The notes below the pieces were generated by a model that had not been told where the DNA came from, searched no databases, and saw only the letters and a list, made by a program, of their open reading frames with translations. Position numbers and translations under genes: made by a program. A DNA stretch of 64,000 bases, from NCBI RefSeq assembly GCF_009914755.1, contig NC_060933.1. One strand, 5' to 3'. The DNA comes from the human T2T-CHM13v2.0 reference genome, Homo sapiens. Of the stretch, positions 46,336 to 60,170 are shown piece by piece (the stretch's first letter is position 1; each line of letters starts with the position of its first letter).

Positions 46336-49300
46336 TGTAAACAACACGAATGGAATGGAATATAATGGAGTGTAAGGGAATTGAGTGGAATCAATCCGAA
46401 TGTAATGGAATGGAATGGAAAGGAATGGAATGGAATGGAATGGAATGGATTGGAATCAACCCGAGTGTAATGGAATGGAATCGAAAGGAATGGAAAGGAA
46501 TGGAATGGATTCAACTCGATTGCAATGGAATGGAATAGAATGGAATGGAATGGAATGGAATTAACCCGAATAGAATGGAATGGAATGGAATGGAACGCAA
46601 CGGAATGGAATGGAATGGAATGGAATGGAATGGAATGGAATGGAATGGAATGGTATGGAATGGAATGGAATGGTGCGGAATAGAATGGAATGGAACGAAT
46701 TGGAATGGAATGGAATCGAATGGAATGGAATGGAATGGAATGGAATCAACCCGAGTGCAGTGGATTGTAATGGAACGGAATGCACTGGAATGGAATCATC
46801 CGCAATGGAATGGAATGGAATGAAATGGAATCAACCCGAGTGCTTTGGAATGGAGTGGAATGGAATGGAATGGAATGTAAACAACCCGAATGGAATGGAA
46901 TATAATAGAGTGTAAGGGAATTGAATGGAATCAATCCGAATGCAATGGAATGGAATGGAAAGGAATGGAATTGAATGGAATGGAATGGAATGGAATCAAC
47001 CCGAGTGTAATGGAATGGAATCGAAAGGAATGGAAAGCAATGGAATGGATTCAACACCAATGTAATGGAAAGGAATGGAATCAACCTGAGTGGAATGGCA
47101 TGGAATGGAATGGAAAGGAATGGAATGGAATGGTACAGAACAGAATGGATTGGAACGAAATGGAATGGAATGGAATGGAATGGAATGCAATCAACTCGAT
47201 TGCAATGGAATGGAATGGAATGGAATGGAATAGTATGGAAGGGAATTAACCCGAATAGATTGGAATGGAATGGAAAGGAATCAACGCGAGTACAGGGGAA
47301 TGGAATGGAATGGAATGCAATGGAATGGAATCATCCGTAAAGGAATGGAAAGGAATGGAATGGAATGGAATGGAATGGAATAGAATAGAATGGAATGGAA
47401 TGGAATCAACTCGATTGCAATAGAATGGAATGGAATGCAATTAACCCGAATAGAATGGAATGGAATGGAATGGAACGGAACGGAATGGAATAGAATGGAA
47501 TGGAATGGAATGGAATGGAATGGAACGGAACGGAACGGAATGAAATGGAATGGAATGGAATGGAATGGAATCAACGCGAGTGCAGGGGAATGGAATGGAA
47601 TGAAATGCAATGGAATGGAATTTTCCGGAATGGAATGGAATGGAATGGATTCAACTCGATTGCAATGGAATGGAATGGAATGGAATGGAATGGAATGGAA
47701 TGGAATTAACACGAATAGAATGGAATGGAATGGAATGGAAAGGAAGGTAATGGAATGGAATGGAATGGAATCAACCCGAGTGCAGGGGAATGGAATGGAA
47801 TGGAATGCAATGGAATGGAATCATCCGGAATGGAATGCAATGGAATGGAATGGAATGCAATGGAATGGAATCATCCGGAATGGAATGGAATGGAATGGAA
47901 TGGAATGGAATGGAATGGAATCAACTCGATTCCAATGGAATGGAATGGAATAGAACGGAATGGAATTAACACGAATAGAATGGAATGGAATGTAATGGAA
48001 CGGAACGGAATGGAATGGAATGGAATGGAATGGACTGGAATGGAATCAACCCGAATAGAATGGAATGGAATGGAATGGAACGGAACGGAACTGAATGGAA
48101 TGGAATGCAATGGAATGGAATGGAATGATATGGAATGGAATGGAATGGTACGGAATAGAATGGAATGGAACAAATTGGAATGGAATGGAATCGAATGGAA
48201 TGGAATGGAATCAACCCGAGTGCAGGGGAATGTAATGGAACGGAATGCAATGGAATGGAATCATCTGGAATGGAATGGAATGGAATGGAATCAACCCGAG
48301 TGCAATGGAATGGAGTGGAATGGAATGGAATGGAATGTAAACAACCCGAATGGAATGGAATATACTGGAGTGTAAGGGAATTGAATGGAATCAATCCGAA
48401 TGTAATGGAATGGAATGGAAAGGAATGGAATGGAATGGAATGGAATTGAATGGAATCAACCCGAGTGTAATGGAATGGAATCGAAAGGAATGGAAAGGAA
48501 TGGAATGGATTCAACTCGACTGCAATGGAATGGAATAGAATGGAATGGAATGGAATGGAATGGAATGGAATGGAATGGAATTAACCCGAATAGAATGGAA
48601 TGGAATGGAATGGAATAGACTGGAATGGAAACAACGCGAGTCCAGGGGAATGGAATGGAATGGAATGCAATGGAATGGAATCTTCTGGAATGGAATGGAA
48701 TGGAATGGAATGGAATGAAATGCAATGGATTCAACTCGATTGCAATGGAATGGAATAGAATGGAATGGAATGGAATGGAATGGAATTAACCCGAATAGAA
48801 TGGAATGGAATGGAACGGAATGGAACGGAATGGAATGGAATGGAATGGAATGGAATGGAATGGAATGGAATGGTATTGAATGGAATGGAATGGTACGGAA
48901 TAGAATGGAATGGAACGAATTGTAATGGAATGGAATTGAATGCAATGGAATGGAATGGAATGGAATCAACGCGAGTGCAGGGGAATGTAATGGAACGGAA
49001 TGCAATGGAATGGAATCATCCGGAATGGAATGGAATGGAATGGAATGGAATGGAATCAACCCGAGTGCAATGGAATGGAGTGGAATGGAATGGAATGGAA
49101 TGGAAACAACACGAATGGAATGGAATATAATAGAGTGTAAGGGAATTGAATGGAATCAATCCGAATGTAATGGAATGGAATGGAAAGGAATGGAATGGAA
49201 TGGAATGGAATGGAATGGAATCAACCCGAGTGTAATGGAATGGAATCGAAAGGAATGGAAAGGAATGGAATGGATTCAACTCGATTGCAATGGAATGGAA

Positions 49301-52300
49301 TAGAATGGAATGGAATGGAATGGAATTAACCCGAATAGAATGGAATGGAATGGAATGGAACGCAACGGAACGGAATGGAATGGAATGGAATGGAATGGAA
49401 TGGAATGGAATGGAATGGTATGGAATGGAATGGAATGGTGCAGAATAGAATGGAATGGAACGAATTGGAATGGAATGGAATCGAATGGAATGGAATGGAA
49501 TGGAATGGAATCAACCCGAGTGCAGTGGAATGTAATGGAACGGAATGCAATGGAAAGGAATCATCCGCAATGGAATGGAATGGAATGGAATGGAATCAAC
49601 CCGAGTGCTTTGGAATGGAGTGGAATGGAATGGAATGGAATGTAAACAACCCGAATGGAATGGAATATAATGGAGTGTAAGGGAATTGAATGGAATCAAT
49701 CCGAATGCAATGGAATGGAATGGAAAGGAATGGAATTGAATGGAATGGAATGGAATGGAATCAACCCGAGTGTAATGGAATGGAATCGAAAGGAATGGAA
49801 AGCAATGGAATGGATTCAACACCAATGTAATGGAAAGGAATGGAATCAACCTGAGTGGAATGGCATGGAATGGAATGGAAAGGAATGGAATGGAATGGTA
49901 CAGAACGGAATGGATTGGAACGAAATGGAATGGAATGGAATGGAATGGAATGGAATCAACTCGATTGCAATGGAATGGAATGGAATGGAATGGAATAGTA
50001 TGGAAGGGAATTAACCCGAATAGATTGGAATGGAATGGAAAGGAATCAACGCGAGTACAGGGGAATGGAATGGAATGGAATGCAATGGAATGGAATCATC
50101 CGTAAAGGAATGGAAAGGAATGGAATGGAATGGAATGGAATAGAATAGAATGGAATGGAATGGAATCAACTCGATTGCAATAGAATGGAATGGAATGCAA
50201 TTAACCCGAATAGAATGGAATGGAATGGAATGGAACGGAACGGAATGGAATAGAATGGAATGGAATGGAATGGAATGGAACGGAACGGAACGGAATGAAA
50301 TGGAATGGAATGGAATGGAATGGAATCAACGCGAGTGCAGGGGAATGGAATGGAATGAAATGCAATGGAATGGAATCTTCCGGAATGGAATGGAATGGAA
50401 TGGAATGGAATGGATTCAACTCGATTGCAATGGAATGGAATGGAATGGAATGGAATGGAATGGAATGGAATTAACACGAATAGAATGGAATGGAATGGAA
50501 TGGAAAGGAAGGTAATGGAATGGAATGGAATGGAATCAACCCGAGTGCAGGGGAATGGAATGGAATGGAATGCAATGGAATGGAATCACCCGGAATGGAA
50601 TGCAATGGAATGGAATGGAATGCAATGGAATGGAATCATCCGGAATGGATTGGAATGGAATGGAATGGAATGGAATGGAATGGAATGGAATGGAATCAAC
50701 TCGATTCCAATGGAATGGAATGTAATAGAACGGAATGGAATTAACACGAATAGAATGGAATGGAATGGAATGGAACGGAACGGAATGGAATGGAATGGAA
50801 TGGAATGGACTGGAATGGAATCAACCCGAATAGAATGGAATGTAATGGAATGGAACGGAACGGAACTGAATGGAATGGAATGCCATGGAATGGAATGGAA
50901 TGATATGGAATGGAATGGAATGGTACGGAATAGAATGGAATGGAACAAATTGGAATGGAATGGAATCGAATGGAATGGAATGGAATCAACCCGAGTGCTG
51001 GGGAATGTAATGGAACGGAATGCAATGGAATGGAATCATCTGGAATGGAATGGAATGGAATGGAATCAACCCGAGTGCAATGGAATGGAGTGGAATGGAA
51101 TGGAATGGAATGTAAACAACCCGAATGGAATGGAATATACTGGAGTGTAAGGGAATTGAATGGAATCAATCCGAATGTAATGGAATGGAATGGAAAGGAA
51201 TGGAATGGAATGGAATGGAATTGAATGGAATCAACCCGAGTGTAATGGAATGGAATCGAAAGGAATGGAAAGGAATGGAATGGATTCAACTCGACTGCAA
51301 TGGAATGGAATAGAATGGAATGGAATGGAATGGAATGGAATGGAATGGAATGGAATTAACCCGAATAGAATGGAATGGAATGGAATGGAATGGACTGGAA
51401 TGGAATCAACGCGAGTGCAGGGGAATGGAATGGAATGGAATGCAATGGAATGGAATCTTCTGGAATGGAATGGAATGGAATGGAATGGAATGAAATGCAA
51501 TGGATTCAACTCGATTGCAATGGAATGGAATAGAATGGAATGGAATGGAATGGAATGGAATTAACCGGAATAGAATGGAATGGAATGGAACGGAATGGAA
51601 CGGAATGGAATGGAATGGAATGGAATGGAATGGAATGGTATTGAATGGAATGGAATGGTACGGAATAGAATGGAATGGAACGAATTGTAATGGAATGGAA
51701 TTGAATGCAATGGAATGGAATGGAATGGAATCAACGCGAGTGCAGGGGAATGTAATGGAACGGAATGCAATGGAATGGAATCATCCGGAATGGAATGGAA
51801 TGGAATGGAATGGAATGGAATGGAATCAACCCGAGTGCAATGGAATGGAGTGGAATGGAATGGAATGGAATGTAAACAACACGAATGGAATGGAATATAA
51901 TAGAGTGTAAGGGAATTGAATGGAATCAATCCGAATGTAATGGAATGGAATGGAAAGGAATGGAATGGAATGGAATGGAATGGAATGGAATCAACCCGAG
52001 TGTAATGGAATGGAATCGAAAGGAATGGAAAGGAATGGAATGGATTCAACTCGATTGCAATGGAATGGAATAGAATGGAATGGAATGGAATGGAATTAAC
52101 CCGAATAGAATGGAATGGAATGGAATGGAACGCAACGGAACGGAATGGAATGGAATGGAATGGAATGGAATGGAATGGAATGGTATGGAATGGAATGGAA
52201 TGGTGCGGAATAGAATGGAATGGAACGAATTGGAATGGAATGGAATCGAATGGAATGGAATGGAATGGAATGGAATCAACCCGAGTGCAGTGGAATGTAA

Positions 52301-55300
52301 TGGAACGGAATGCAATGGAATGGAATCATCCGCAATGGAATGGAATGGAATGGAATGGAATCAACCCGAGTGCTTTGGAATGGAGTGGAATGGAATGGAA
52401 TGGAATGTAAACAACCCGAATGGAATGGAATATAATGGAGTGTAAGGGAATTGAATGGAATCAATCCGAATGCAATGGAATGGAATGGAAAGGAATGGAA
52501 TTGAATGGAATGGAATGGAATGGAATCAACCCGAGTGTAATGGAATGGAATCGAAAGGAATGGAAAGCAATGGAATGGATTCAACACCAATGTAATGGAA
52601 AGGAATGGAATCAACCTGAGTGGAATGGCATGGAATGGAATGGAAAGGAATGGAATGGAATGGTACAGAACGGAATGGATTGGAACGAAATGGAATGGAA
52701 TGGAATGGAATGGAATGGAATCAACTCGATTGCAATGGAATGGAATGGAATGGAATGGAATAGTATGGAAGGGAATTAACCCGAATAGATTGGAATGGAA
52801 TGGAAAGGAATCAACGCGAGTACAGGGGAATGGAATGGAATGGAATGCAATGGAATGGAATCATCCGTAAAGGAATGGAAAGGAATGGAATGGAATGGAA
52901 TGGAATGGAATAGAATAGAATGGAATGGAATGGAATCAACTCGATTGCAATAGAATGGAATGGAATGCAATTAACCCGAATAGAATGGAATGGAATGGAA
53001 TGGAACGGAACGGAATGGAATAAAATGGAATGGAATGGAATGGAATGGAATGGAACGGAACGGAACGGAATGAAATGGAATGGAATGGAATGGAATGGAA
53101 TCAACGCGAGTGCAGGGGAATGGAATGGAATGAAATGCAATGGAATGGAATTTTCCGGAATGGAATGGAATGGAATGGAATGGAATGGATTCAACTCGAT
53201 TGCAATGGAATGGAATGGAATGGAATGGAATGGAATGGAATGGAATGGAATTAACACGAATAGAATGGAATGGAAAGGAAAGGAAGGTAATGGAATGGAA
53301 TGGAATGGAATCAACCCGAGTGCAGGGGAATGGAATGGAATGGAATGCAATGGAATGGAATGGAATGCAATGGAATGGAATCATCCGGAATGGAATGGAA
53401 TGGAATGGAATGGAATGGAATGGAATGGAATCAACTCGATTCCAATGGAATGGAATGGAATAGAACGGAATGGAATTAACACGAATGGAATGGAATGGAA
53501 TGGAATGGAACGGAACGGAATGGAATGGAATGGAATGGAATGGACTGGAATGGAATCAACCCGAATAGAATGGAATGAAATGGAATGGAACGGAACGGAA
53601 CTGAATGGAATGGAATGCCCTGGAATGGAATGGAATGATATGGAATGGAATGGAATGGTACGGAATAGAATGGAATGGAACAAATTGGAATGGAATGGAA
53701 TCGAATGGACTGGAATGGAATCAACCCGAGTGCAGGGGAATGTAATGGAACGGAATGCAATGGAATGGAATCATCTGGAATGGAATGGAATGGAATGGAA
53801 TCAACCCGAGTGCAATGGAATGGAGTGGAATGGAATGGAATGGAATGTAAACAACCCGAATGGAATGGAATATACTGGAGTGTAAGGGAATTGAATGGAA
53901 TCAATCCGAATGTAATGGAATGGAATGGAAAGGAATGGAATGGAATGGAATGGAATTGAATGGAATCAACCCGAGTGTAATGGAATGGAATCGAAAGTAA
54001 TGGAAAAGAATGGAATGGATTCAACTCGACTGCAATGGAATGGAATAGAATGGAATGGAATGGAATGGAATGGAATGGAATGGAATGGAATTAACCCGAA
54101 TAGAATGGAATGGAATGGAATGGAATGGACTGGAATGGAATCAACGCGAGTGCAGGGGAATGGAACGGAATGGAATGCAATGGAATGGAATCTTCTGGAA
54201 TGGAATGGAATGGAATGGAATGGAATGAAATGCAATGGATTCAACTCGATTGCAATGGAATGGAATAGAATGGAATGGAATGGAATGGAATGGAATTAAC
54301 CCGAATAGAATGGAATGGAATGGAACGGAATGGAACGGAATGGAATGGAATGGAATGGAATGGAATGGAATGGAATGGAATGGTATTGAATGGAATGGAA
54401 TGGTACGGAATAGAATGGAATGGAACGAATTGTAATGGAATGGAATTGAATGCAATGGAATGGAATGGAATGGAATCAACGCGAGTGCAGGGGAATGTAA
54501 TGGAACGGAATGCAATGGAATGGAATCATCCGGAATGGAATGGAATGGAATGGAATGGAATGGAATCAACCCGAGTGCAATGGAATGGAGTGGAATGGAA
54601 TGGAATAGAATGTAAACAACACGAATGGAATGGAATATAATAGAGTGTAAGGGAATTGAATGGAATCAATCCGAATGTAATGGAATGGAATGGAAAGGAA
54701 TGGAATGGAATGGAATGGAATGGAATGGAATCAACCCGAGTGTAATGGAATGGAATCGAAAGGAATGGAAAGGAATGGAATGGATTCAACTCGATTGCAA
54801 TGGAATGGAATAGAATGGAATGGAATGGAATGGAATTAACCCGAATAGAATGGAATGGAATGGAATGGAACGCAACGGAACGGAATGGAATGGAATGGAA
54901 TGGAATGGAATGGAATGGAATGGTATGGAATGGAATGGAATGGTGCGGAATAGAATGGAATGGAACGAATTGGAATGGAATGGAATCGAATGGAATGGAA
55001 TGGAATGGAATGGAATCAACCCGAGTGCAGTGGAATGTAATGGAACGGAATGCAATGGAATGGAATCATCCGCAATGGAATGGAATGGAATGGAATGGAA
55101 TCAACCCGAGTGCTTTGGAATGGAGTGGAATGGAATGGAATGGAATGTAAACAACCCGAATGGAATGGAATATAATGGAGTGTAAGGGAATTGAATGGAA
55201 TCAATCCGAATGCAATGGAATGGAATGGAAAGGAATGGAATTGAATGGAATGGAATGGAATGGAATCAACCCGAGTGTAATGGAATGGAATCGAAAGGAA

Positions 55301-58300
55301 TGGAAAGCAATGGAATGGATTCAACACCAATGTAATGGAAAGGAATGGAATCAACCTGAGTGGAATGGCATGGAATGGAATGGAAAGGAATGGAATGGAA
55401 TGGTACACAACGGAATGCATTGGAACGAAATGGAATGGAATGGAATGGAATGGAATGGAATCAACTCGATTGCAATGGAATGGAATGGAATGGAATGGAA
55501 TAGTATGGAAGGGAATTAACCCGAATAGATTGGAATGGAATGGAAAGGAATCAAAGCGAGTACAGGGGAATGGAATGGAATGGAATGCAATGGAATGGAG
55601 TCATCCGTAAAGGAATGGAAAGGAATGGAATGGAATGGAATGGAATGGAATAGAATAGAATGGAATGGAATGGAATCAACTCGATTGCAATAGAATGGAA
55701 TGGAATGCAATTAACCCGAATAGAATGGAATGGAATGGAATGGAATGGAACGGAACGGAATGGAATAGAATGGAATGGAATGGAATGGAATGGAATGGAA
55801 CGGAACGGAACGGAATGAAATGGAATGGAATGGAATGGAATGGAATCAACGCGAGTGCAGGGGAATGGAATGGAATGAAATGCAATGGAATGGAATTTTC
55901 CGGAATGGAATGGAATGGAAAGGAATGGAATGGATTCAACTCGATTGCAATGGAATGGAATGGAATGGAATGGAATGGAATGGAATGGAATGGAATGGAA
56001 TTAACACGAATAGAATGGAATGGAATGGAATGGAAAGGAAGGTAATGGAATGGAATGGAATGGAATCAACCCGAGTGCAGGGGAATGGAATGGAATGGAA
56101 TGCAATGGAATGGAATCACCCGGAATGGAATGCAATGGAATGGAATGGAATGCAATGGAATGGAATCATCCGGAATGGAATGGAATGGAATGGAATGGAA
56201 TGGAATGGAATGGAATGGAATGGAATGGAATCAACTCGATTCCAATGGAATGGAATGGAATAGAACGGAATGGAATTAACACGAATAGAATGGAATGGAA
56301 TGGAATGGAACGGAACGGAATGGAATGGAATGGAATGGAATGGACTGGAATGGAATCAACCCGAATAGAATGGAATGTAATGGAATGGAACGGAACGGAA
56401 CTGAATGGAATGGAATGCCCTGGAATGGAATGGAATGATATGGAATGGAATGGAATGGTACGGAATAGAATGGAATGGAACAAATTGGAATGGAATGGAA
56501 TCGAATGGAATGGAATGGAATCAACCCGAGTGCAGGGGAATGTAATGGAACGGAATGCAATGGAATGGAATCATCTGGAATGGAATGGAATGGAATGGAA
56601 TCAACCCGAGTGCAATGGAATGGAGTGGAATGGAATGGAATGGAATGTAAACAACCCGAATGGAATGGAATATACTGGAGTGTAAGGGAATTGAATGGAA
56701 TCAATCCGAATGTAATGGAATGGAATGGAAAGGAATGGAATGGAATGGAATGGAATTGAATGGAATCAACCCGAGTGTAATGGAATGGAATCGAAAGGAA
56801 TGGAAAGGAATGGAATGGATTCAACTCGACTGCAATGCAATGGAATAGAATGGAATGGAATGGAATGGAATGGAATGGAATGGAATGGAATGGAATTAAC
56901 CCGAATAGAATGGAATGGAATGGAATGGAATGGACTGGAATGGAATCAACGCGAGTGCAGGGGAATGGAATGGAATGGAATGCAATGGAATGGAATCTTC
57001 TGGAATGGAATGGAATGGAATGGAATGGAATGAAATGCAATGGATTCAACTCGATTGCAATGGAATGGAATAGAATGGAATGGAATAGAATGGAATGGAA
57101 TTAACCCGAATAGAATGGAATGGAATGGAACGGAATGGAACGGAATGGAATGGAATGGAATGGAATGGAATGGAATGGAATGGTATTGAATGGAATGGAA
57201 TGGTACGGAATAGAATGGAATGGAACGAATTGTAATGGAATGGAATTGAATGCAATGGAATGGAATGGAATGGAATCAACGCGAGTGCACGGGAATGTAA
57301 TGGAACGGAATGCAATGGAATGGAATCATCCGGAATGGAATGGAATGGAATGGAATGGAATGGAATCAACCCGAGTGCAATGGAATGGAGTGGAATGGAA
57401 TGGAATGGAATGTAAACAACACGAATGGAATGGAATATAATAGAGTGTAAGGGAATTGAATGGAATCAATCCGAATGTAATGGAATGGAATGGAAAGGAA
57501 TGGAATGGAATGGAATGGAATGGAATGGAATCAACCCGAGTGTAATGGAATGGAATCGAAAGGAATGGAAAGGAATGGAATGGATTCAACTCGATTGCAA
57601 TGGAATGGAATAGAATGGAATGGAATGGAATGGAATTAACCCGAATAGAATGGAATGGAATGGAATGGAACGCAACGGAACGGAATGGAATGGAATGGAA
57701 TGGAATGGAATGGAATGGAATGGTATGGAATGGAATGGAATGGTGCGGAATAGAATGGTATGGAAAGAATTGGAATGGAATGGAATCGAATGGAATGGAA
57801 TGGAATGGAATGGAATCAACCCGAGTGCAGTGGAATGTAATGGAACGGAATGCAATGGAATGGAATCATCCGCAATGGAATGGAATGGAATGGAATGGAA
57901 TCAACCCGAGTGCTTTGGAATGGAGTGGAATGGAATGGAATGGAATGTAAACAACCCGAATGGAATGGAATATAATGGAGTGTAAGGGAATTGAATGGAA
58001 TCAATCCGAATGCAATGGAATGGAATGGAAAGGAATGGAATTGAATGGAATGGAATGGAATGGAATCAACCCGAGTGTAATGGAATGGAATCGAAAGGAA
58101 TGGAAAGCAATGGAATGGATTCAACACCAATGTAATGGAAAGGAATGGAATCAACCCGAGTGGAATGGCATGGAATGGAATGGAAAGGAATGGAATGGAA
58201 TGGTACAGAACGGAATGGATTGGAACGAAATGGAATGGAATGGAATGGAATGGAATGGAATCAACTCGATTGCAATGGAATGGAATGGAATGGAATGGAA

Positions 58301-60170
58301 TAGTATGGAAGGGAATTAACCCGAATAGATTGGAATGGAATGGAAAGGAATCAACGCGAGTACAGGGGAATGGAATGGAATGGAATGCAATGGAATGGAA
58401 TCATCCGTAAAGGAATGGAAAGGAATGGAATGGAATGGAATGGAATGGAATAGAATAGAATGGAATGGAATGGAATCAACTCGATTGCAATAGAATGGAA
58501 TGGATTGCAATTAACCCGAATAGAATGGAATGGAATGGAATGGAACGGAACGGAATGGAATAGAATGGAATGGAATGGAATGGAATGGAACGGAACGGAA
58601 CGGAATGAAATGGAATGGAATGGAATGGAATGGAATCAACGCGAGAGCAGGGGAATGGAATGGAATGAAATGCAATGGAATGGAATCTTCCGGAATGGAA
58701 TGGAATGGAATGGAATGGATTGGATTCAACTCGATTGCAATGGAATGGAATGGAATGGAATGGAATGGAATGGAATGGAATTAACACGAATAGAATGGAA
58801 TGGAATGGAATGGAAAGGAAGGTAATGGAATGGAATGGAATGGAATCAACCCGAGTGCAGGGGAATGGAATGGAATGGAATGCAATGGAATGGAATCATC
58901 CGGAATGGAATGCAATGGAATGGAATGGAATGCAATGGAATGGAATCATCCGGAATGGAATGGAATGGAATGGAATGGAATGGAATGGAATCAACTCGAT
59001 TCCAATGGAATGGAATGGAATAGAACGGAATGGAATTAACACGAATAGAATGGAATGGAATGGAATGGAACGGAACGGAATGGAATGGAATGGAATGGAA
59101 TGGACTGGAATGGAATCAACCCGAATAGAATGGAATGGAATGGAATGGAACGGAACGGAACTGAATGGAATGAAATGCAATGGAATGGAATGGAATGGTA
59201 TGGAATGGAATGGAATGGAATGGTAAGGAATAGAATGGAATGGAACAAATTGGAATGGAATGGAATCGAATGGAATGGAATGGAATCAACCCGAGTGCAG
59301 GGGAATGTAATGGAACGGAATGCAATGGAATGGAATCATCTGGAATGGAATGGAATGGAATGGAATCAACCCGAGTGCAATGGAATGGAGTGGAATGGAA
59401 TGGAATGGAATGTAAACAACCCGAATGGAATGGAATATACTGGAGTGTAAGGGAATTGAATGGAATCAATCCGAATGTAATGGAATGGAATGGAAAGGAA
59501 TGGAATGGAATGGAATGGAATTGAATGGAATCAACCCGAGTGTAATGGAATGGAATCGAAAGGAATGGAAAGGAATGGAATGGATTCAACTCGACTGCAA
59601 TGGAATGGAATAGAATGGAATGGAATGGAATGGAATGGAATGGAATGGAATGGAATAGAATTAACCCGAATAGAATGGAATGGAATGGAATGGAATGGAC
59701 TGGAATGGAATCAACGCGAGTGCAGGGGAATGGAGTGGAATGGAATGCAATGGAATGGAATCTTCTGGAATGGAATGGAATGGAATGGAATGGAATGAAA
59801 TGCAATGGATTCAACTCGATTGCAATGGAATGGAATAGAATGGAATGGAATGGAATGGAATGGAATTAACCCGAATAGAATGGAATGGAATGGAACGGAA
59901 TGGAACGGAATGGAATGGAATGGAATGGAATGGAATGGAATGGTATTGAATGGAATGGAATGGTACGGAATAGAATGGAATGGAACGAATTGTAATGGAA
60001 TGGAATTGAATGCAATGGAATGGAATGGAATGGAATCAACGCGAGTGCAGGGTAATGTAATGGAACGGAATGCAATGGAATGGAATCATCCGGAATGGAA
60101 TGGAATGGAATGGAATGGAATGGAATCAACCCGAGTGCAATGGAATGGAGTGGAATGGAATGGAATGGAA
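46336..60170 (+). repeat. Homogeneous higher-order repeat, 5 tandem copies of ~2.77 kb (sub-domain C)
   Basis: Units start at 46336, 49101, 51871, 54611 and 57411 (lengths 2765, 2770, 2740, 2800, 2760). Once-per-unit markers: GTGCTTTGG (46840, 49605, 52370, 55110, 57910) and CAACACCAATG (47052, 49817, 52582, 55322, 58122). The ORF track repeats with the same period (46890, 49655, 52420, 55160, 57960). Confidence 0.93.

Noticed and set aside
46336-60170. HOR as an assembly artefact (duplicated reads)
   Set aside because: The copies differ by shared and private substitutions and by 5-bp-multiple indels in a biologically coherent pattern. Read support would still be the final test.
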